Shown: positions 55,780-64,000 of the stretch, piece by piece | Layout of the letters: each line of letters starts with the position of its first letter | How positions within the stretch are numbered: the stretch's first letter is position 1 | DNA from: Octopus bimaculoides | Taxonomy: Eukaryota | Length of the DNA: 64,000 bases | NCBI RefSeq assembly: GCF_001194135.2 | Contig: NC_068988.1 | Span: forward strand, 97,167,742 to 97,231,741 | Reading direction: 5' to 3' | Program-made: the position numbers and the translations under genes | The notes under the pieces: generated by a model | Databases searched by the model: none | Seen by the model: only the letters and a program-made list of their open reading frames with translations | Told to the model about the DNA's origin: nothing

Positions 55780-56220
55780 GCATGGTCATTAAATACAAGG
55801 AAGAAATTACTTGTACACTAATAGATGTAAGTGTTCCTACTGTAGAGGAATTTGACAGACTAAGTAAATATAAGGAACTGGAAATTGAAATACAAAAGAT
55901 GTGGCATCTTAAAGCGAGAACTGTTACTGTGGATGCCCTAGGTACGATAAGAAAAGGATGTCAGAAACATCTAGATAATATCCCAGGAGCACCATGTCTC
56001 CCAGAAATCCAAATGTTTGTGCTGACAAGTACTGCCCACATCCTTAGAAAAGCCCTATCCATTTACATGTGTGTGTTGTATTACACGAATATATTTCGCT
56101 CCTGCCCCTGCCACTTCCCCTCCCCAAGCTTTCAGTGAAACAGTTAACATCTCTTATTCTTCACTCGCCCCAGGACGCTGGTAAGTGATTCTAACAAACA
56201 TGCAGATTAAAAGCAATAAT
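55780..56220 (+). mobile_element. Dong/R4 LINE 3' end (restriction-like endonuclease domain plus 3' UTR)
   Basis: GMVIKYKEEITCTLIDVSVP..EFDRLSKYKELEIEIQKMWHLK..VDALGTIRKG..IPG..LTSTAHILRKALSI matches the RLE motifs (PD..)LIDVS.P, K..KY..L and GALG. A short UTR ends in AATAAT. Confidence 0.9.
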
Positions 56221-56286
56221 ATATATATATATANNNNNNNNNNTATATATGTATATATATGTATATATGTATGTAATGTATGCATG

Positions 56287-56326
<40 letters not shown>

Positions 56327-56923
56327 CATACATACATACATACATTATATACACGCATACATACATACATACGTACATACATACACACACATGCGAGAAT
56401 CGTAAGGCTACAAGCTTTGTTTTACGAATCTTGAGACAGACTGGAAACTCAGATGATGAAACAGTCAGTCTTTCGGATAAATTAAACTTCTCCAGTTCCT
56501 GAAATATCTGTCTATCTATCTATTTCTCTATCTATCTCTCTCTCTCTCTATCTATCTCTCTATCTATCTATCTCTCTATCTATCTATCTATCTACCTATC
56601 TATCTAACATCATTCGCTATCCTCAACTCAATACTACGACGAGGACCACCAGCACCACCACCAGCACTATCATCATCATCATCATCATCATCATTAGGTG
56701 ACGAAGCTGTAATTCCAACTTCCCTCACCCTTCTACCGTCGAAGTATGTCTTTTCAATTTAATATTTTCAAGTGAGTCTAGAACCAATGAAGCGTGACGG
56801 AGCAATTGTGTCTTCACAAATATCTCGAGTTTAGTTGACCCAGGACAAAGAATGAATGCACAAGACGGAGATAAAGAAGGACACAGAAATGAATACGCGA
56901 ATCTGAGATGAAGACAGAATGGA

Positions 56924-56976
<53 letters not shown>

Positions 56977-57400
56977 AGGNNNNNNNNNNAGAGGGGCGGA
57001 GAGGTGATTGAGAGATAGGTGGGGGGGGGGGAGAATACGCAGTCGATTTCAATAAAAACGGTATAAGACCGGAGGTCAAACTATGATTCTCTAAGAGGAG
57101 AATAATGTGAGAGAGAGAGAAAGAGAGAGGCGAAGGGTATGAGAAAATGAGAAACCGACTGAAAGAGAGAGGGAGAGAGGGGGAGAGAGGGAGAGAGAGG
57201 GGGAGAAAAGATACTACACCTCACAGATTACGTCAATGAATAAAAGCAGTGGAGCGTAAAATCATTGGTGTATAATAATTAAACTATTTGTACATCGAAC
57301 ACAAAACATAAGAGAGGTCGAAACATCCCGCCTCCTCTGCCATCGCAATACACCAATAGACACCGTACACAATTGTTTATAGAAAGAGCAGTTGTATCAC

Positions 57401-57435
<35 letters not shown>

Positions 57436-57532
57436 AAGGTGGTGAAGAGACTGAAGCAATAAAATTCTTATGCAGAAGAAAACAGATGACTAGCGCTGCG
57501 GGAGAAGCTTCTACTAGTGATTATTATTATTA

Positions 57533-57572
<40 letters not shown>

Positions 57573-58074
57573 CATTATTAGCAGCAGCCGCCGCCACCAC
57601 CATCATCATCATCGTCATCATTATAATTGCTGTTGCTGTCGTTAATGCTTTGTTTTTTATCACAATTGTAAACCTTAGGACTAAGTTTTATTCCTAAATT
57701 TCTTTTTCGTATCATATTTATTTATTTATTTATTTAATTATTTATTTATTCATTTATTTATTTACCTTCGTTAATTGGACGAGTAACATCGTAAACATTG
57801 TACACTTTTTATTTGGCTTTAATAATTATTAGATTTTATTTATATAATGCATAGATTTCAGTGCGTGTATCGAATATATATATATATATGTGCGTGTGTA
57901 TGTATGTGTATATATATGTACACATACACATGTATATATATATGTGTGTGTGTGCGTGTGTGTGTGTGTGCGTNNNNNNNNNNGTGTGTGTGTGTGTGTG
58001 TGTGTGCAGCAACCGTATGTATGTAACATGTATGTATATGAGCAGTATAGTCCTGTTTCAGCTTTCTAAATGAC

Positions 58075-58460
58075 CTGAAACCTGTTATTTATTTAACTAT
58101 GAAGTATTTTCTGGCTTTGATGAGTGAAGGAAGTTTGTTTTTAGCATTGTTACATAAACAAATCTCCATTATATATCTCCAGTGGTTAAAGTGAATTAGA
58201 CGGTCTTCACGTTTTAACAATATATTGTGAGTAAACACGGTTTAATACCACACCTTCCTTCATAGGATTATCAATAAACAGAAAGGAAACAGTTTAATTC
58301 AGAAAAGTTGAGTGAAGTTAGCATGCTGTTATTCAAGACTGTTTTAGGGATCTCTGTTGATAGAGAAATTATCACCGGTTTCGTGGCACGAAGTATATCT
58401 GCAGATAGTTAAATCTGAGTTAAGTGTTGTATCATCTGCTTGAAGACGATGTAATGGTGG
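58075..58460 (-). mobile_element. Very degenerate L2/CR1-group reverse-transcriptase remnant
   Basis: On the minus strand: QADDTTL (YADD-like, 58422-58442), SINRD, and AKNKLPSLIKARKYF (58101-58145, similar to ASKKLGxLxRxRKYF). Many stops. Confidence 0.5.
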
Positions 58461-58779
58461 AAGATATGGTGTTGGCTGCGGAAGAGCTGGGTTTAAAAGA
58501 TATAGGTAATTCTCTCGCAATGTCAGTCAAATACAGGGTTACGCAAGGACACTAACTCGAGCAGACAGTTCAGAGCAGCAAATGATTTGAGTCACTCCAA
58601 AAGAGTTAACGAATAGAGTAGCAATGAGAGTGTCAAGAAGGGCTGTATACAATGATTTCAAGGATTTATCACTTATTTATAATATTCTTTCACGTATACT
58701 TAAAGATTAATTTATCTTGAACAATTACTAATTCATCTGGCACATTTACTTAGTGATTAATTTATATTGCCTTCTGAAG

Positions 58780-58924
58780 CAGTGGTTCCCAACCTGTGGT
58801 CCGCGAACCCCTGGTAGTTCGCAAATGTAGAGCTGGTGGTCCGTCAGGATGTAGTGCTGGGGTCCGTGGGAAAACTCAGTTAAATAAAAGGAGTCCTTGG
58901 TAGTGAAAAAGTTGGGAACCACTG
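58780..58924. mobile_element. 145-bp hAT (Charlie-like) MITE
   Basis: Perfect 14-bp TIRs, CAGTGGTTCCCAAC and GTTGGGAACCACTG. The right flank TTCTAGAA fits the Charlie-type NTCTAGAN target; the left flank TTCTGAAG is an imperfect copy. Confidence 0.9.
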
Positions 58925-59249
58925 TTCTAGAAGAAGGCCAGGCTTTACTGATGAAGACAGAATAAAATCAAAACAGCTCCGATGTTTTTTTTAATAATTC
59001 CTTCAGTAAACGTATTTATTACTGACTTACCTAATTCCACAATACCTTTAGAAAATAAATAAACGTCACAATATCTCAGTTACACTAGAAAAAAAAACAA
59101 ACAAATTTTGGTGTTTTGTACCTGTAGAAAATAAATCAATATTTTTCCTATATAAGAGCCAATGTGAATAGAAGAGCTTTTGATTTACCTGAACAACCAA
59201 AAGTTCATGTTTATTTTAAATGTCTGATGCCTTCCCATCATTTTTCCTA

Positions 59250-59929
59250 TTTTCATTTGTCGAATCTCTCTGACTTGTCTTTCTCGCTCTATCTCATCTT
59301 CCCTTTTCTTTCCACATTTCTTTAACTCTTTCTTCTTCTCCATCCTTGTTTCTTATTTTCTTTTTATTCTCTTTATTTCCTCCCTTCTTTCTTTTATTTT
59401 TCTCTCTCCCCTTTCTTTCCTTACTTTTCTCTCCCTTATTTTCTACAATCCCCTTTCCACCTTATCTTACCTACTCTCTTCCCCACCCCCTAGTTTCTTT
59501 TCATTTGCATTATACCTCGCTCTTCCCCGATTTCTCTGTGCTGTTTTGTCTCTCTTCGTGTCTGTAAGTTCATCATTCCTTCTACCTCCATGTCTACCTC
59601 ACACTTTAAACATTAAATCATATTTCCTTTCATTAACATTCTCTCTTTCCTACCGCCAACTCTCATTCCAGCTATCATTTTCATAACAATCCCCACCACA
59701 CTCACTTTTTTTTTCTCTCACGTCTATTTTCCACTTGCTCTCTCTCTCTCTTTCTCTTACATTTTCTTACTTTCTTTCTCTGTTGTTCTCTCGCAAAATA
59801 TTATCTCGAAAATTCCTCTCTCCTTATCAAATTCTCACTTCCTTTGTTTCCATTTAACATTTCCAAACTATCTCCGGTCTCTCACACACTCTCAGTCCTT
59901 GTCTCAATTTCTCAGTCTTTCTCCTCCCT

Positions 59930-59997
<68 letters not shown>

Positions 59998-60030
59998 CCC
60001 TATCTCTCACGCACTCACTCAAACACACTC
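59250..60030. repeat. Pyrimidine-rich low-complexity domain with (CT)n
   Basis: Read directly. Confidence 0.85.
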
Positions 60031-60656
60031 ACTCAAACACACATAGTTTTTGACTTTCCCGAATTGTCAATCTGTCACAGTTTTACAGTACTTCCTTGGA
60101 ATTTTCTCTCCTTTTCGCCCTCAATGATGGAAACACGATATCTCCATAACTTTCACGGTACACTTTATTTTAGAAGTTCTTCACAACATGTTTCTATTAT
60201 TACCAAATATTGAAATATACTTGGCAGTTATTTGTGAAGGAGGATATCACTTTGATAATAATCTCTTTGCTACTTTAGTCAGAAACCAGCTTTTTTTTAT
60301 TTTATTTTATTTTATTTTAATTTGTTTCATTTTCTTTTTATTTTATTTTGCTATTATAATTTCTAGTCTGAAAATAACGACGTCAAACAAGCAAAGCTAA
60401 CGAGAAGATCTAAACAGATATAACAATACCGTCGTCATATAAACGGGGGAAACAAATATGGAATAACAAAAATAAGTAAATAAAATAAAAATAAATAAAC
60501 ACATCACATAACGGAAGAAAAAATAATATGGATGGTGGAAAAACAGTAAGAGTGTAAGGCAAAACAAGCATACATACATACACACACACACACATTCACC
60601 TTTTATCTTTTACTTGTTTCAGTCATTAGACTGTGGTCATGCTGGGGCATCACCAT

Positions 60657-60709
<53 letters not shown>

Positions 60710-60735
60710 GCGTGTGTGCGTGTGCGTGTGTGCGT

Positions 60736-61063
60736 GTGGAGGCGCAATGGCCCAGTGGTTAGGGCAGCGAATTCGCGGTCATAGGATCGCGGTTTCGATT
60801 CCCAGACCGGGCGTTGTGAGTGTTTGTTGAGCGAAAACACTTAAAGCTCCAAGTGGATCCCGAGGGGGGGGGGTGAACCCTACTGTATGTACTCTTTCAC
60901 TACACCTTCCTCTCACTCTTTCTTCCTGTTTCTGCTTTACTTGTATTATTTCAAAGGGCCAGCCTTGTCACACTTTGTGTCATGCTGAATCTTCCGAAGA
61001 AGTACGTTAAGGGTACACGTGTCTGTGGAGTGCTCAGCCACTTGCACATTAATTTCACGAGCA
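60736..61063 (+). mobile_element. tRNA-derived SINE (family C/D), near complete
   Basis: A box TGGCCCAGTGG 60748-60758 and B box GGTTTCGATTCCC 60791-60803, then a body ending AAGGGTACACGTGTCTGTGGAGTGCTCAGCCACTTGCAC. Confidence 0.85.
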
Positions 61064-61353
61064 TTGCTAACTCTCCTTCAAATCATACCGTTACCTTAAA
61101 AAAAATGAATGATGATAAAGTAGTCCTGAGTCTACTATATCCGTATAAAAGAAAAGATGATCATAGATTTTGATCAGCCTTTCATCATAGGTTTGTTCAA
61201 CGAGTACCTGGCCTGGGGCCAAACGCCAAATGAACAAAATATGGCAGGAAGAATAAAAAGAAAGCAAAAAATAGATAGAAAAGAATCGATGAATATTGAT
61301 TCTTTACAAAGGTCCGAATTCTGAAATTTTTCGGGTGGGTGGGGACAGTCATT

Positions 61354-61578
61354 TACTTTATTTTCCGGCACACAAGTCGACATAGTATATAGTGTAAAGA
61401 TGCAGTGTAAAGATGCAGTGTAAACATACAAACATCTTCACGACCTTTCCAATTCCTGCTGCATTTCACTTCGAATTTTTGGTCCTCCGGAATCGTTTTG
61501 GTGTATAATTCACCCTACTTTTATTTGGTTGTAAATTTTGGTCACAAAATTTTGGCTTGTATGCGGGAAAACACGGTT
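61354..61578. mobile_element. Degenerate pogo/Tc2-like MITE
   Basis: The ends TACTTTATTTTCCGGCACACAAGTCGA and the reverse complement AACCGTGTTTTCCCGCATACAAGCCAA match at 19/27 and resemble TACCGTATTTTCCGGCGTATAAG-type TIRs. An internal 13-bp tandem repeat GTGTAAAGATGCA is present. Confidence 0.55.
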
Positions 61579-61741
61579 TATTGAACCCCAGTGTTTGACT
61601 TGCTGTTTGTTTTTTAATGAACCGCAAAATGAGGAAAGATAAAGATGACGTCGGCAAGATTTGAATGCAGAACGTAAAGAAGCGAAACTAAATATTACAT
61701 ATTTTGTTCGACACTACGATTTCTGAAAACCGCCCTCAGAA

Positions 61742-61954
61742 TCCCTTTATTTTGGTTTCAAATTCTGACACAAGGCCAGCAATTTCAGTGTAGATGATAT
61801 CGACCCCAGTGCTCAACTGGTACTTACTTTATCGACCCCAAAAGAATGAAAGGTAAAGTCGACCTCGGCGGAATTTTAGCTTAGAATGTAAAGACGAACG
61901 AAATGCCGCTAGCATTTTGCCCGGGGTGCGAATAATTCTGCCGGTTCACCGCCT
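61742..61954 (-). mobile_element. Near-complete SINE family A
   Basis: ATCGACCCCAGTGCTCAACTGGTACTTACTTTATCGACCCCAAAAGAATGAAAGGTAAAGTCGACCTCGGCGGAATTT...CACCGCCTT, collinear with 34631-34850. Confidence 0.88.
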
Positions 61955-62339
61955 TAGAATCCCTTAATATTAAAAACAAAATTGAAAAAATAATCAGATA
62001 GAAATATAAAATAATGGTAAGAATATTGAAATATTGTGAGCCTAGGCTTCAGTGTAAATATTTGAAGAATTCGTGTGGGCGTTGTGTACTTAGAGCAAGT
62101 CAGTTCTGCAGGGTCTATTCCTTTACAAATTACTTATATGGTGATGGCTTTGTTACTACTGCGATTATATTAAAGAATGGCATCATTCATTTGCACGATT
62201 CCAATCATAGAGCTTCCAGGCAGTTTCCTTATCGATTGTGACATTTGCAGCTCCCAAGGATATATACATTGATTTCTTTCTAGCACAGTGAAGAATGTCA
62301 TACGTTAAAAGGGTTCTTTTTAGTGAGCTCACACATTCG

Positions 62340-62720
62340 AACGGTTTTTTCTAGTATAAGCAGGTTACGCATCTGACAGGTTCTAATAAACAGGCACAAG
62401 TACACACACATCTGAAGGGCTTTTTCAGACATGGGCACAAAATCATACACTTGAAGGTTTCCTTCAACTATAGGCACAAGGTTTGATATTTGAACCGCAC
62501 TTCCAAGCATGGACATAATAACTTGCATTTGAAGGGGTCTTTCAGGCAGGGGCATAAAGCAACATATCAAAAGTAATCATATTAGTATGGCACAAATTTA
62601 TACATTCTAAGGGTTCTTTAGGGTACTGGTACAAGATCACCTATTTGAGGTGAGGGATAAAAATGATTAAATCGACTGCAGTATTTCCCTGGTATTTATG
62701 TTTATCGATTCTGGGACGGA
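62340..62720 (-). repeat. Degenerate ~39-bp tandem array derived from a SINE 3' end, attached to a SINE body
   Basis: GGCACAA-like anchors at 62393, 62434, 62473, 62511, 62551, 62589 and 62628 (spacing 38-41), each followed by TGAAGG-like text. The unit resembles TTTCTACTATAGGCACAAAACCTGAAATTTTGGGG of family A. Confidence 0.75.
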
Positions 62721-63280
62721 TAATACTTAAAACTAATGTAGATAGAATTTCAACTTAGATGAAAAAGAATGAATTCTAAACACCAGCAGGTATTTCGCCT
62801 ACGGCTCTAACAATTCTCCTCAATCCCCGAACTTCTAAAAGAGGAAAGTATTTACAAAAATGAAAGAGAAGGAGTAATATCCGAGGCAAAGGAATGAAAA
62901 GAAGAAACTTGCAAATGGAAATAAAATAAAAGAAAATATAAAAACATGAGAAAATTCCCAAAGTTAAATGAAAACATGAAAGGAAAGAAACTTCAAAAAA
63001 TTAAGAAAAAGGAGAAATTGAAAAGAAAATCTAGATAGAAATGGAGGTAGATAAAATTAGAAAAGCGACAAATATTTTAAGATGAAAGGAAAACAAACAA
63101 ATGGAAATATCTGATCAATAAGAAAGGAGAAAAGGTAAAGAGAAAAGGCAAACGTGATAAATAATAGTAAAAGTTTCTAACGAAATTTTGAGAGGGTTAG
63201 TCCACCCCCTAGATCCCAGCCCGACTAAATGGGCTACGTGTACCACATTCTAGTTTGTGATTTATTGTTTTGTACATACA

Positions 63281-63316
<36 letters not shown>

Positions 63317-63359
63317 CATTTCTAAATCTCTCAGAGACATTTATGCAATAGTGATACGA

Positions 63360-63736
63360 TAAAGTAGTTGTATGCTGTCAACTTAATGTGACAGTCCCAT
63401 GAAGGGAATAATGCTACTACTATTCAGCCCAAGGAAGCAGCACCACTTCCTGTCGGCCTTGACACATTTCCTGTGTCCTTATATTTACAAGAGCTTGACA
63501 GGCATTTCCAGCACCAGGCCATGCTACTCCAGACTGATGACGGGCAAGACTCAGAAACTAGTCTCTGGATGCAGGCTAAGCTAGGTAGAAGTGCTTGTCT
63601 CCCCCTTGTAAACATAAGGGCACAGGAAATGTGTCATGGCCGACAGGAAGCGGTGCTGCTTCCTAGGGCTAAATAGCAGTAGTATTATCCCCTTCATGGG
63701 ACTGTCACATTAAGTTGACAGCATACAACTACTTTA
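63360..63736. mobile_element. 377-bp fold-back element: 132-bp inverted arms (9 mismatches) around a 113-bp loop
   Basis: 63360-63491 aligns to the reverse complement of 63605-63736 with no gaps and 123/132 identity (hand alignment). Both ends terminate in TA. Confidence 0.92.
63517..63577 (+). ncRNA. Type I hammerhead ribozyme motif (minimal, Penelope/retrozyme-like)
   Basis: Helix I TCCAGA(63528-33)/TCTGGA(63564-69), extendable by TGC/GCA and GGCC/GGCT. Core CTGATGA 63534-40; helix II GGG/CTC with loop CAAGA; GAAA 63554-57; palindromic helix III ACTAGT; GTC cleavage triplet 63561-63. Confidence 0.75.
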
Positions 63737-64000
63737 CATATATATACTTTTCATTTAATGTTTCTTCATTACACTATTCAGTTCACTTCACGTCTTCTAA
63801 GAATTTTTCTAAAGCCACTGTTCTACTATGTAATACTTCTTTATTTATTTATTTGAATTTATTCTACACATTTCAAAGTATAAAATAGGTATACTCTAGC
63901 TATATCAATTAGAAGATAGCAGTTTTGCAACACTGTTAGTAGTTTTCTAATTTTCGTGCCCCAGTTCTTTCAATTTGTAACTGTATATAACTGTCATGTG

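Noticed and set aside
60738-60812. tRNA gene
   Set aside because: It has A and B boxes but no proper acceptor stem or cloverleaf, and it continues into a SINE body. The same applies to the heads at 24800-24880, 41960-42036 and 34780-34850.

Overview
AT-rich, microsatellite-saturated eukaryotic draft-assembly sequence with about 15 large N gaps and several 10-N gaps. The repeat content (several tRNA-derived SINE families, Dong/R4, Tx1, CR1-group and RTE LINE remnants, mariner fossils, very dense CA/TA/GA/AAT repeats) looks like a coleoid cephalopod, probably Octopus; this is inferred from recognised repeat families, not from a search. I find no confidently supported host protein-coding exon, so the window is probably intergenic or a very large intron. 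Nearly all ORFs in the track are microsatellite or N-gap artefacts. The most interesting signal is a type I hammerhead-ribozyme motif (63517-63577, + strand) with an intact catalytic core, sitting in the loop of a 132-bp inverted-repeat fold-back element (63360-63736); three more degenerate hammerhead-like motifs occur elsewhere. Also notable: an old inverted duplication with a 23/24-identical core (about 30790-32250); two Dong/R4 LINE pieces and two SINE pieces that fit together as if separated by a ~32-kb inversion; and a ~39-bp tandem array built from a SINE 3' end.
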